Assembly: GCA_965285935.1 (NCBI GenBank)
Contig: OZ260662.1
Coordinates: forward strand, 63,364,001-63,428,000
Source: Ophelia neglecta
Lineage: Eukaryota
Reading direction: 5' to 3'
DNA length: 64,000 bases
Shown: positions 29,701 to 40,814 of the stretch, one piece after another
How positions within the stretch are numbered: position 1 is the stretch's first letter
Layout of the letters: each line of letters opens with the position of its first letter
Notes under the pieces: generated by a model
The model's input: only the letters and a program-made list of their open reading frames with translations
Told to the model about the DNA's origin: nothing
Databases searched by the model: none
Program-made: the position numbers and the translations under genes

Positions 29701-32700
29701 TGTCTTGGAGTTAATATCAATTCTTTCATATCCCTGTGTACATGCTAGTTTATATTGAGATGTTTTATACTGGGGTGGTTTACTACAATACTGTTAGCCT
29801 GATACAATGTACAGGTTCCTGTATTTGAACATCTAAGGAGCTTTCTTAAGTTTTTGGCATTCCCAGATTTGGTAGGGACATGATTTATGTAACTTTTCTG
29901 GTTTCACAAACTAACTTGTAACATGCAATCGTTGTACTTTTCTGGAGTGTCTATTAAGAATATATGACACTGGTTAGGGGGTCAGAATTAGTTGTTAAGG
30001 AAATAGCTTTGTCACAATACAAGGCTTTCTATAGAATGAGGATAAATTACTGGTAGCCAGTAAAGTACCTGTAAGGGGGGAGGAACAATTATTGGAAATT
30101 GCATAATGAGCTACACTTAGCAGTTGCTTCTTTGAGAATCTTCACTGCAGTGGGATATAATTGTGAAACAGCATGCAAGCAGCGGGGAAAACACCGACTC
30201 AGGCCTGTGTGGTTTTTGTATGATTGATTGTTACCACATCTAGTCTGCCTACCACACTAGACAGCCTTAGGCCACACACACTATCACAGGTTTTATGTCC
30301 ATATTTGTTGATTCAGCCTGCATTTCATGATACAAATTGTCAAAATGTAACTAATTTAGTTTGGGTACTGTTCATATTGTACAGTTTTTATGTTGAGCAT
30401 TTAGTTTGTAGTAGTGAAGAGTTCAGGGATAAAATGATGACCTGATTTGTGGACGGTTCTGTTATACACTTGTAATAATATTCCCTTATTTATTTGTTTA
30501 TTTATCAATGTATTATCATTATATTTCTGCTGCCAACAACTGCTGTATGTGATAGATTACTTGTTACCAGTGTATTTCTGAAGACTTGACTGGGGTATTT
30601 ATTTTGATTTGATTGTATTGTTTCAGTGCCCACGGTGGTGAGATGATTCAAGAAGCTAGACATTCTGCTGACAACTCTCGCGACAGCTCCATTATAGACA
30701 ACGAAGAAGAAAGATCTGTAAGTTTTCTTTGAACTAGCTGGAAAACAGATCTAAGTGTTTTTTTAGTTTGCGTCCTTTTCATTCTGACAGTTTTTGAAGT
30801 CATTAATAATAGTCATTCCCCGAGATTGACAGTTACATTTATTTGTGGTGATGTGCATTCTGTCTGTCCTTCTTGAAGTCACAGGTGTTGCTAACCAGCT
30901 TTTTAATTTCAATTACCTGTCAAGACTCTTGTCTCTATCTAAACTATACTACCATATTAGTGTTATGAGGCTGTCTTATCTGGCCTGGTGACTTGCACAC
31001 AAGTTGTTGGCTATAAAGTTTTGAAGAGCCTTTGAGATAAAATGATTGTTTAAGTCTGTTATGATACTACAAATCCAGTTGATTCCCAAGCACACACAGC
31101 TGGCTTACGAGTGTCAGATGTGCAGGTCTTGACAACTTCGCTGAACACTTTCTAGTTTTTCTTGCATAAATTGTATCTTCGATGATTATTCATGAATACA
31201 AAGAAATCAACCATGTCTGGTTTGTTCATTAACATAGATGACAAAGGTGTAGTGCCTTGTGTCTGAAATTAGGAGTCAATGGTTGAAGTGTATGCTAATC
31301 CTGCAGCTCAGATGTGTCAAAAGTTGTGATAATAAGTGTTGGTTATCACTGGATGTTATTTGCCACAGTGTGAGCGTTATCTCCTGAGACATGATCTGAG
31401 AGTTATATGTCACCTCCCCATGTATCTGCCAAGTCCGTCAAAGATCCAGGATTGCATTTTCTGTTTGAGCTCCACTTGTCAATGGTATGACAAGCCATGA
31501 TATTTTTGTGGTTCTGTCATCCCCCAGGGGAGATAGCAAATGCCAGCAGAGTGATCAGCCAGAGATCTTGACAAGTTTTATAATGTCTCGAAGTATTGTG
31601 AGCATGAGGTATCAGGGAGCTTAGATCAAAGTGTTTGCAGCCACTTGAGATAGGTGATGATTTATTGTCTATGTAGATGATATTCTTACCATTCTGGGGC
31701 CGCGTAGAGACAGGTTAAAGTCATAGGCCACCACCTGGCCCCTCAGGTGTTGTCATCATGCCTAGAGATGCATGCCTTCTCAGCAAACTTGGATGTGATT
31801 GTCAGCGCTGCTCATGTTAATTTTTTCACGGTACTTGTAAGATTTAGTTTTGTTCTTTCGCCTCTCCGGGAATCCACATGACAGTGCTCTCTTTGATGTG
31901 GTGGCTGTTAAGGGTTCTTCTTCACTTTCATTTCTTCATGAGGCTTTCCATTGTTTTAACAGTCTTGTCTGCTGACGTGTTATGGGAACATGTCAGATAT
32001 TGTCTCCCAGCTACATATTAAGTACTATTTCTGTATTGTTGGAGCATGTCCTGTTCTACCATTGACACTCATCTCCCCATTCTTTACCTGTGACACACAG
32101 CACAACTACAATGTTTGTTAATATAAATTAGCTTTTTACCTGTTTTGCCTTATCTGTCCAATAGTATCACTCATACAATGTTCCAAATGCCATTGTGATT
32201 GGTATTCTATTTTATATATTTTGTATTCTAGCTATCTAAACTTTGGTGTATCTAAGATTTTAGAGTTTAAAATTTTAGTTTGCTAAACTTGACCAAACTG
32301 TCCTGTGCTTCTTTGACTTGTATTGTTTTATTAATGTATTGTTTTTGTTGATATTTCAGGAGGGTGGCAGCAGTGTAACTGGCCTGAAGCAGTTTCCCTG
32401 TGAGAACTGTGACAAAGTCTTCTCTGACCCCAGCAATCTGCAGCGTCACATCAGATCCACCCACGTTGGCGCCCGCTCTCACGCCTGCCACGAGTGTGGC
32501 AAGACGTTCGCAACATCTAGTGGCCTAAAGCAGCATCAGCATATCCACAGCTCAGTCAAGCCGTTCCAGTGTGAGGTTTGTTTAAAAGCATACACCCAAT
32601 TCTCCAATCTCTGCCGACACAAGAGGATGCATGCCGATTGTCGTCAGCAGATAAAGTGCAAAGACTGTGGGCAAGCCTTCAGCACGATGACCAGCCTCAG

Positions 32701-34528
32701 CAAACACAAGCGTTTCTGTGAGGGAATGCTGCGCAACGGTGCTCGTTTCTCCTTCCCGACTGCAGGACCCCAGTCGCCGGAGAAGACCCAGCCAACCAAT
32801 CCTGTGGTCAGCCAGGCCTCGGCTCTCACAGCGGCCTACATGAACTTCTACGGTCCCCGGCCACAGTTTCCTTTCTACCCGCCGCTGGGCCCAGGGTTCC
32901 CCATGTTTCCACCTGGTCATCCACTGGCTGCCATGACACACCAGGTATTACCAGAAGCAAAGTTTCCTCCAACGATGACCCCTACAAGCTCCAAGTCCCC
33001 AAGGGCAGAGCTCTCCCCTTGTACAGCTCCTTCTCCACGAGCGCCTTCCCCAGCCAAGACGGGGGAAAAACATAGACTACACATGGATGGCTCTGAGGGC
33101 TCAGATCTGTCTGATGTTAGTACGGCCCACAGCGTGAGTGTGGCAAGTGATGTGGACACAGAAGGAGGCTCTGACCTAGAGTCTGACAGCGGCTATGAGA
33201 GGAGCAGCATCATCCAAAAGAAACCCTTTCACAATATTCATCCAATGTCTCACATATCTCCAGGGATCACCTCACCAGCAAAGACCTCAACCCCAATCTA
33301 TGACTTGAAAAGAATGAAAAGGGAAAGACTGGAGTCTGATGCTAAGAGGGTAAAGAGAGAAGAGCTACCATTTGATCTGTCCAAGTCCACTAGCAGCTCA
33401 ACGGGAGACCAGCCACTTGACTTAAGTGTCAGCAAAAAGTCCCGTGAATCCCCTATCCCTGAGACAACTCCTAGGAAAACCCACATCTTTGGGAGTGAGG
33501 TTGTGAAAAAGCCCTCACCACCTACACCTCCTACAGAGATGGAGTCCCCGGAGCAGAAGTCCCCTTTACACTATGCTTACCCATTGGCAAATCCCATGTT
33601 GATGGAACAGATGTACCGCTTGGACAAGGACAAGCTGAGGACCTTTCAGGAGGCGGCTCGTATGATGGCCATGGGGCCTGCAGCTCGTTTTCCCATGCAC
33701 TCGTCACCATACGGGGCCATGCCGGGGATGCCTGGCATGATGCGCTCACCAATGGCCCTGGATCCCACCAAGGCCCTGATGAACCCCCTCCTGAAGCTGG
33801 ACCGGACTCCGGACTATCCTTATGGTGGGCAGAAGATAAAAGACCGCTACGCTTGTAAATTTTGTGGTAAAATCTTCCCACGATCTGCCAATCTGACCCG
33901 GCATCTGCGCACACACACAGGGGAGCAGCCATACAAGTGTAAATACTGCGAACGCTCCTTTTCCATCTCCTCTAATCTCCAGCGCCATGTCCGCAACATC
34001 CACAACAAAGAGAAGCCGTTTAAGTGTCCCCTTTGTGATCGCTGTTTTGGTCAGCAGACCAATCTTGATCGCCATCTCAAGAAGCATGAGACCGAAGGCC
34101 CTAATGTCATAGATTCTCCCACCAACCAGGAAGCAGATTTAGAAGACAAGGATGAATCTTACTTTGATGAGATTCGAAACTTCATCGGCAAGGCCACCAA
34201 GTCTGATCATGATGAGCGGTCTGTCAGCCCTAGAAGAGAATATGATCACATTGATGCCAACTTCTCCATTACTGCTCAGATTGAAAAACAAAACAAGATG
34301 AGCAGCGAGAAGCAGCTAGAGAAATTTGATGATAGTTTTGATGATGATCATCATGAGGATGAAGAGGAAAATGATAGTGTTGATGTTGAAGGGGTTAAAA
34401 AAGATAAACCTGACAATAATAACAGTAATGGGGAGATGATGGATCTGCCCAATGGTTACCATAGCAATGAGGAGGATGTCATCTCCAAACATGCCAGCCA
34501 CCCTCTGTCACTGGCCATCACTTCCTAA
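5627..34528 (+). CDS. PRDM3/16: PRDM3/16 (MECOM/EVI1-PRDM16, hamlet/egl-43 family) PR-domain zinc-finger transcription factor; 5'-partial, 5 exons in window
   Basis: Exons 5627-5761, 9020-9131, 23764-23944, 30627-30717 and 32360-34528 have AG/GT boundaries and matching phases (0,0,1,2,0). Translation gives a PR/SET C-half, a C2HC ZF1, EVI1-type ZF4-7 ([24 protein letters not shown]...), PFDLS/PLDLS, ZF8-10 ([24 protein letters not shown]...) and [10 protein letters not shown] plus an acidic tail. Confidence 0.95.
9020..9131 (+). CDS. PRDM3/16: PRDM3/16 exon: end of PR domain ([37 protein letters not shown])
   Basis: tgtttgtag acceptor, gtaagt donor, 112 nt, phase 0/1. YY...[11 protein letters not shown] matches the SET/PR C-terminal motif. 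Confidence 0.93.
9771..9788. repeat. poly-C run (18 nt) in PRDM intron
   Basis: Direct reading; similar C/G runs near 13757, 24497 and 25919. Confidence 0.9.
23764..23944 (+). CDS. PRDM3/16: PRDM3/16 exon: ZF1, C2HC type ([28 protein letters not shown])
   Basis: atttcag acceptor, gtaagt donor, 181 nt, phase 1/2. Resembles the EVI1 EERQYRC...C2HC first finger. Confidence 0.92.
28596..28631. repeat. perfect 12-bp tandem repeat (CGGTTACCAGTC)x3 followed by a (TGG)n tract
   Basis: Direct reading. Confidence 0.9.
30627..30717 (+). CDS. PRDM3/16: PRDM3/16 linker exon ([31 protein letters not shown])
   Basis: tgtttcag acceptor, gtaagt donor, 91 nt open, phase 2/0, which is the phase needed to join 23944 to 32360. 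No recognisable motif. Confidence 0.75.
32360..34528 (+). CDS. PRDM3/16: PRDM3/16 terminal coding exon: ZF4-7, Pro/Ser-rich region, CtBP motifs, ZF8-10, acidic tail, stop
   Basis: atttcag acceptor at 32359; 2169-nt open frame (ORF 32318-34528). PFDLS 33368-33382, PLDLS 33413-33427, PRKTHIFG, three C-terminal C2H2 fingers about 33848-34087. Confidence 0.96.
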   Translation, partial: EGGSSVTGLKQFPCENCDKVFSDPSNLQRHIRSTHVGARSHACHECGKTFATSSGLKQHQHIHSSVKPFQCEVCLKAYTQFSNLCRHKRMHADCRQQIKCKDCGQAFSTMTSLSKHKRFCEGMLRNGARFSFPTAGPQSPEKTQPTNPVVSQASALTAAYMNFYGPRPQFPFYPPLGPGFPMFPPGHPLAAMTHQVLPEAKFPPTMTPTSSKSPRAELSPCTAPSPRAPSPAKTGEKHRLHMDGSEGSDLSDVSTAHSVSVASDVDTEGGSDLESDSGYERSSIIQKKPFHNIHPMSHISPGITSPAKTSTPIYDLKRMKRERLESDAKRVKREELPFDLSKSTSSSTGDQPLDLSVSKKSRESPIPETTPRKTHIFGSEVVKKPSPPTPPTEMESPEQKSPLHYAYPLANPMLMEQMYRLDKDKLRTFQEAARMMAMGPAARFPMHSSPYGAMPGMPGMMRSPMALDPTKALMNPLLKLDRTPDYPYGGQKIKDRYACKFCGKIFPRSANLTRHLRTHTGEQPYKCKYCERSFSISSNLQRHVRNIHNKEKPFKCPLCDRCFGQQTNLDRHLKKHETEGPNVIDSPTNQEADLEDKDESYFDEIRNFIGKATKSDHDERSVSPRREYDHIDANFSITAQIEKQNKMSSEKQLEKFDDSFDDDHHEDEEENDSVDVEGVKKDKPDNNNSNGEMMDLPNGYHSNEEDVISKHASHPLSLAITS

Positions 34529-35279
34529 GACTCTGGCCACAGCTCTGTGTTGTTATCATTATGTTTGGCAGCATCCTTCATTAAATTGTGACTTAATTGA
34601 CCTTATTATTTGAAAGGATCTGTGACTGTTGTTTTCAATGTGGTTGGCAGATATTTTGTAATTAACTGCAACTTTGGTGACGTTTGATTATTATCAGGAT
34701 GTATTATTGTGAAACTTGCCATGAGCTGACCACTGCAGCGATCTGCTTTAATATTGCCAGAATTTACCCAGTTGTAAGAGTAGGAAAATTTAATTAAACT
34801 GCTCCCCAGTGATATTATTAATATATACTTGAATATAAGGGTGGGAATGTGTCTGCACATAACTCACATGTTGATTGAATTATAGATGTAGTAAAGCCAG
34901 GATTTGTAAGATTAAATGATCTAACTGACATTATAATGTGTCTCCGTGTCAGCGATATGTTACCATTGTCTAGCATGCAAAATTGCAAACAGATTATTTT
35001 GTGAACTTCAAATGAAGAGATATAATGTAAAGAGAAGGTTGTTTCTTTTTTGTCAGCATTATTCTGTCATGAGCTGTTTGGTGAACTTATACTTTGAATA
35101 TTGAATTCAAGCTAGTCAGAGACTGCAAACTCAGACTCACATCTATGTAGTGTGCCAGCTGAACAGCCAATCAAAAAGCGGTGGTGTGATCTCTGTGTGT
35201 GAGCGGGTAAGAAGTAGTACAGGCCCGATCTGTCCTAAACATGGCTCCAGTTCTCATCGTCACTGGTTGCCATCACAGA

Positions 35280-35342
35280 CTAGTGTGTCTAGTAAGTCTA
35301 GTAAGTCTAGTAAGCCTAGTATGTCTTACTTGTCTAGTACGT
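35280..35342 (+). repeat. 9-bp degenerate tandem repeat (CTAGTAAGT-like)x7 in the probable PRDM 3' UTR
   Basis: ctagtgtgt ctagtaagt ctagtaagt ctagtaagc ctagtatgt cttacttgt ctagtacgt. Confidence 0.85.
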
Positions 35343-36465
35343 CTGGTCTCTGTCTGTATGATAGACCCTCTTAATGGCACCACTAAGCTACATGTACTTG
35401 TTCACAGGTCCACATATATATTATGTATATTTATACTAGTATTTATTCCTATTATCACAATTTACAAGCCCATGCTTGATGTAGAAGCAATGTATATGTA
35501 TTTATTGTTATTTTGTTTGATCCACTTTTCAAATTAATTTGAATCTGCACTGCAGGAAGGAGATTTTTTTTACTAAGAATGATCAGACAGGATTAGAAAG
35601 TGGTTTTGTCTTATGTAAATACTTAAATGACAACATTGTTGGTTACACAGGCATTTGTCAGGAACCCCAATCGTTAAGCCAATAGAAAATTTCAAATGAG
35701 AGTATTGTGTGAACCTGGTAAAAAAATTTCAATAGAATTTGGGCAGGAGGGGGGTTGGTCAATGGGTGTCGATTGGCAGTATAGCTGCCTGATAATGTGA
35801 CACTGTCAATAATATATTGTAGTTTATAGTCACTGATAAACACATCTACATGTAATGGTTTGTTTGCCTTGTCACGGATGTTTACAATGTACCCTGCATC
35901 CTCAAATTGATATTGATATGATGTTTGGTGATTAAAAGTTTCTATCATTTGTCTTTGATGTTAAATCTAAGTATCAGGTTGAGATCACCAACTTAATATG
36001 TGATTGGAATTGCAGTGAAAATGTGATTTGTGAATTGTCACAAACTAACTTAACAACTTGTACCTTTGAATTTAATTAAATACTCCTTTTTTACCCTCTA
36101 GTGACAAACACTACCTAAAGGCTATACCACCTCAATGCACCACACAATGGTGTTAGTTTTAATAGTGAATTTAAGGCAACTTTCTGTTGGAAAACATTGA
36201 ATGTTTATGATTCTTCAGCATAATGAATTAACAAATGTTTTCCCAGTTGAATGTACATGTTCTCCAAATCATTAAGCATTCAGAAAAGATGCATAGAAGA
36301 TTGTTTGAAGTCTGACATTAATTTAATTGACCATTTCAATGTACATCACCATCTTTATTTGAGCTATTGCATTATAACTGTAGTACCTATATTATAATAG
36401 AAAAACTTGCTCTCTTATGTTTTCTTAGGTAAAGTATTTAATGTGTAATCAACATGAAATGCTTA

Positions 36466-36471
36466 AATAAA
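36466..36471 (+). terminator. candidate polyadenylation signal of PRDM3/16
   Basis: AATAAA followed by GT/T-rich sequence (tgtgtatctgtc...tttttcttttt). An alternative AATAAA lies at 37937-37942. Confidence 0.4.
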
Positions 36472-36898
36472 GTTAACTTTGTGACAATTCCATACTGTGT
36501 ATCTGTCTATATAGTTTTTCTTTTTCTTTAACCCCAGTTAAAATGATGTTTCATTCCCCCTTCAGTAACAAGTGAGTGATTACACCTAACGGTAACCAAC
36601 AAGTCTATACAAAAGACTAGTTATATATATGTGCTATAGTATTACTGGTGATTTGAATTTGTAAAATGAGAATTATTTACAAAAAAATTAAAACTTATAA
36701 CAGCATGATTGGTTTATATTAGACTATATTTGAAAATATGAATGAAAATGAATCACAATTAAAATGTAGCCCATTGGTTTGGTCTTGGGTATCTTTTATT
36801 TATAAGTAGTACTAAAGTAATCACAATTTGTCTGTTTTTGGGTAACCTCATAGATCTAAAAAATATGTGTTCAGACATTCACAGAAGAACTTGTTTAA

Positions 36899-37568
36899 GG
36901 AGGGTCACAGGGGTAATTTTTTTTATTAAACGTATATTTTATTTTACTTTTTTAAAAATGTCGAAAAAAAAACATTTTTTTGCTGTGTCCTGTTGAATAT
37001 TCCATGAAAATAGGGGTTTGGTTCAGGTTTTATAATAGGAGTATAGGGGAAAATAGGCCCTATTGCTCAAAAAAGATTCAACAAGTCAGATTTTTTTTTT
37101 CTTATTACTTTGCTTTAGAAATATTAATCTTTCAAATGATGTATAATTTTTATATGCTTATGGCACTAATTTTTTTTTGTATTGAACAAAATTCATGGCC
37201 CAAATGTTAAAATATTGAAATTGTGATATTCAGTGACCTTTGACCTTGACATTGACAAGGTTAGGTCATGATAGTATACGATGCACTATAGTTGGTTGTC
37301 TGTATGGGGGTACATTTTTCAAAGCAATGTGCATCATACCTCTAGATATACTTCGTTTTGTTTTCTGTAAAATTTTGCTTTATGCATAGGTAACTATGGT
37401 AACAGGCCTGTTTTTGGGTGAGGCACAATCATATATTTTCAAATTCTTCCCAATTCCCATCAATGGAAAAATGACACATATTTGTTTATTGGTTTCAGCT
37501 TTCTGCTAATGTTTCAATTTTCCCCCCAATTTTCCACCATTTTGCCAATGGTACCCCAGTTACCCTCC
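36899..37568. mobile_element. non-autonomous DNA transposon (MITE), Kolobok-like
   Basis: 17-bp terminal inverted repeats GGAGGGTCACAGGGGTA (36899-36915) and TACCCCAGTTACCCTCC (37552-37568), 2 mismatches, flanked by TTAA on both sides (36895-36898, 37569-37572). Purine-purine termini with a TTAA TSD fit Kolobok rather than piggyBac. No transposase ORF. Confidence 0.8.
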
Positions 37569-39049
37569 TTAATAGTACAAGGGCCTTCGATTTAATGGTT
37601 AGATGTATCTGTGAGAAAAGACTACATTTTCCCTTCCTGCAGCATTATAAAGAAGAGTTAGCATCGAAATACTACTTACTTAAAAACATCACTATCAGAT
37701 ATACCGATACATGTATCTGTCCTATTATTTTAGCCACTTGTTAGTAGTAATGATTTATTTATTGGGAAAACTACTCTTTTACTCTTTACAGCAACAGCTT
37801 GGCAACTCATACACGTGCATGTAGTTTGTGCACTGTGAGTACAGCTGTACGCTGTAAAGTTAGTTTCATAACAGCAGACTCAATCTTTTCGATGATTGAT
37901 TCTGATATTTTTATAAAATGTTTCAGAAATTTGTTAAATAAATATTTTATGCTAGTTTAGTGCATTTTTATTCATAAGAAAATGTAGTGTACATGCTAAA
38001 AATCACAGCCTTCACCATTCATTTGTACTTTTCACCATTGACCCAAATATCTATTTAGCATTAAGTGAGCATTAAAACATTGCTATCCCCTTTATGGTAA
38101 GATGGTAATCGATACAAATTATTAAATTTTCCAGAATAAGGAAGATTCACAGTGATGCTATGTAGCACCTACAAACAGAGGTTTATTTGAAATATCAACA
38201 TACTACTTACACTGAACAGTATTGAGCCACGATTAATAATTATTAACACAAGCATGATACATCATAGCTGTTAGAAAAAATCTAGTGACAGTTCATGAAA
38301 TATATAAAATAACTTGCAAAAGTTTAGTAAATTATGTCATGGCACATTTGCAGTTGCTGATGGTAGTTTACTATAATGATTAAAACGAACCTGTTAAAGA
38401 GACATATTAGTAAATATTTCTTCGGGCCAACAAACTGAAAACATTCCAAGCCCAGTTAAATATTCAATTAGATTATTATATTTCTATGTTGATACCTATG
38501 CGCAATTAAATTGCGGTAATCACTTTAAGATTTAGACTACAAAGAGTTTCTAAACTTAATTCCGAAATTAACTTAATTATTAATTGACTAGAAATAAATA
38601 AAACAACCCCCCATTGGCAGATATCAATAAATTATTTGTTACTATCTTTATGCAAAACATTTTCATGATCAGTTTCTATATAACTATCCCCAGTTGCTAT
38701 ATAGTTTTGTTTTATAACAATTTTAATTGTCTCGTGATCTTTTCAAAATAACTGACACTTTCTCCAGTCTTTGACGATAGTGAACACTAAAAGTAGCTTA
38801 TATCTATAAATATATAGCGCCCCCTGAGATGATATGATATGATGATATGAAGCTTGACAACACACTATTTCAGAGGTTCTGTTTTATGTGGGGGTTTATT
38901 TTTAATTTTTATTATCATTATTATAATGATTATCGATTGTTTTATTTGGGGCAATTACTTTTCAAGGTATGCGTATTGTTGTTCATACTTTTACTTGTTA
39001 ATAAATGGTTAATAAATATCATAAAATGATCGAACTTGGCAACATAAAC

Positions 39050-39420
39050 AGCGGTAGACCGGCGGTAGTGAGCTTAACCCAAAATTCTCCGTTATAGTGA
39101 TTCTTTCTTCTTATTCATTTATGGGATCCATATATCAAAATCCATGTGGGTGTGAAACTCTCACCCTTAAGCATTTTTAAATATTCAAGATAGCTGCCAA
39201 GATGACCACCATAAGTTAGATATGGCTATATCTTTGTTATTAGTAGAGATAGGAAGGTGAAAGTTGTACCACATCATAGGTTTTTGGGGCCAAGCTATTC
39301 GATTATGTCATCGAAAATACTCTCAGTTTCACCAAAATTCAAAGAAAGTGGCTGCCAAGATGGCCGACAAAATAAATATGGCTATAACTTTGTTATTAGT
39401 AGAAATAGGAATGAATGTCA
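39050..39420. mobile_element. degenerate interspersed-repeat fragment with about 158-bp internal tandem unit (Helentron/Helitron-derived type)
   Basis: Two diverged copies of gctgccaagatg(a/g)cc...atatggctata.ctttgttattagtaga.atagga (about 39193 and 39351), preceded by a short ttcttcttatt tract. Family assignment is by resemblance only. Confidence 0.4.
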
Positions 39421-39514
39421 GGGATGAAAAGTGGCGTGAAAGAAATGCATACTTTAGAATATAATAACTATATCATATAATAATAAAAAAATTCAATTTA
39501 ATTTTCAAAGTTAA

Positions 39515-39520
39515 TTTATT
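39515..39520 (-). terminator. candidate polyadenylation signal of the multi-VWA gene
   Basis: AATAAA on the minus strand about 1 kb past the stop codon, followed by T-rich sequence. Confidence 0.35.
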
Positions 39521-40526
39521 CAAAATATTACAATGAAATATATTAAAAATAAACAACATATATGGTGACGTGTCCATAACATTCATTGATTAGACTCCTA
39601 TTAGGCCTACCAATATATCTATATTTATAATGGCAGTTTTTCCTCTAGTTATGTTAAAAATTATAGGCCTTTACAATTGTATCTTATACGCGTTGTTTTG
39701 CTCAACATCTGCTAAGAAATATTCAAACAATCAATATGGTGTAAACATTTTTTCATACAAATATTCCGATTGTTTCACCGCCTAAAACATTAACTACATC
39801 ATATAGGCTTATTAGACTTTCAGGCAATGGCTATTATGGGCTTGTATAAGGATCGATTGTACAGAAAGGCAGGGACACTGACCTCAAGCAATATCTAGTC
39901 AAAGGAAAACAGAACTGAAAATGATGAAAAATAATTAGGCTGAAACAGGACATGATCATATTGCATATAACGATGCTGCTTTCTATTTACAGAAAATTTA
40001 CAATGACTCATTTAACTACACGTTATACCCCTGACAAATCCATATATTGCAATTATACCACATTGTTGAGTCTCTGTTGTTTGGTATAAACACTAACGTT
40101 GTGAAACGTTGACTTAAATACTAAAATCTATATCGGAAAACAACACCGTGCTAATAATTACAGCATACAGCCATGAATAACTGACTATCTATAATTACCT
40201 ATACTTCGAATATCCTGAAAAACCTTATTAGTTGAACAATGCTGATTATGTAATTATGGTAAATTTATAGTTCCCTTCCTCACATTTATACTGAGATGTA
40301 ACGAGCAACTTCCGATTCCGTCTGTTAGCAGAGTAGTATATAAGCCTACATGATTGAATACATCGAACCGGCAATTTTCGCCATGTCACTAAGAAGTTGA
40401 CAATTTAAAGCAATTCGATGCTGCCTTTGAAGAGAGGTTTTCCCGTAAACCTCATCATCCACAGAGCAGTTAATACAGATGATTGGTACACTCTCGATCT
40501 CTTAATATGTACTGAATAAACGAGCC

Positions 40527-40814
40527 TTAGGCAGTGCAGGTCGCCTGAAGCAATGTCTCCAGGATGACATCCAGGTCGTTAAAATTGGGTGAGGTAAAGT
40601 AAGATTGGTTGATCACTTGTGGCGAAGAACTGATGTCTTTTAGAGTTTGCTCGTCGATTCGATTAGTGATGCCGACAGCGATAATCTTGATCTTTTCATT
40701 TTTAAGTCGGTTGGCCTCCGGAATGGTGTTACCGGCGTCTATGGTGGGAACGCCGTCAGTAATGACGATAGCCACGTTGGTTGCATCTCCGCGGTCAACT
40801 CTTCCTCCAAACAC
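40527..40814 (-). CDS. multi-VWA terminal exon (C-half of last VWA domain, stop)
   Basis: tttgtag acceptor, phase 0; VFGGRVDRGDATNVAIVITDGVPT...LLQATCTA*. Confidence 0.92.
   Translation of the reverse strand: MFGGRVDRGDATNVAIVITDGVPTIDAGNTIPEANRLKNEKIKIIAVGITNRIDEQTLKDISSSPQVINQSYFTSPNFNDLDVILETLLQATCTA

Noticed and set aside
714-30445. Dozens of 60-127 aa ORFs in the PRDM introns
   Set aside because: No recognisable motifs, many start at TTG/GTG, and lengths are what chance gives; only 23733-23948 overlaps a real exon
32267-34501. Minus-strand ORFs overlapping the PRDM terminal exon
   Set aside because: Shadow frames of GC-rich coding sequence
35185-36027. Three TGTGAT (K-box/miR-2 family) hexamers in the PRDM 3' region
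   Set aside because: Only 6-mer matches in TG-rich sequence; none is the full CTGTGAT site
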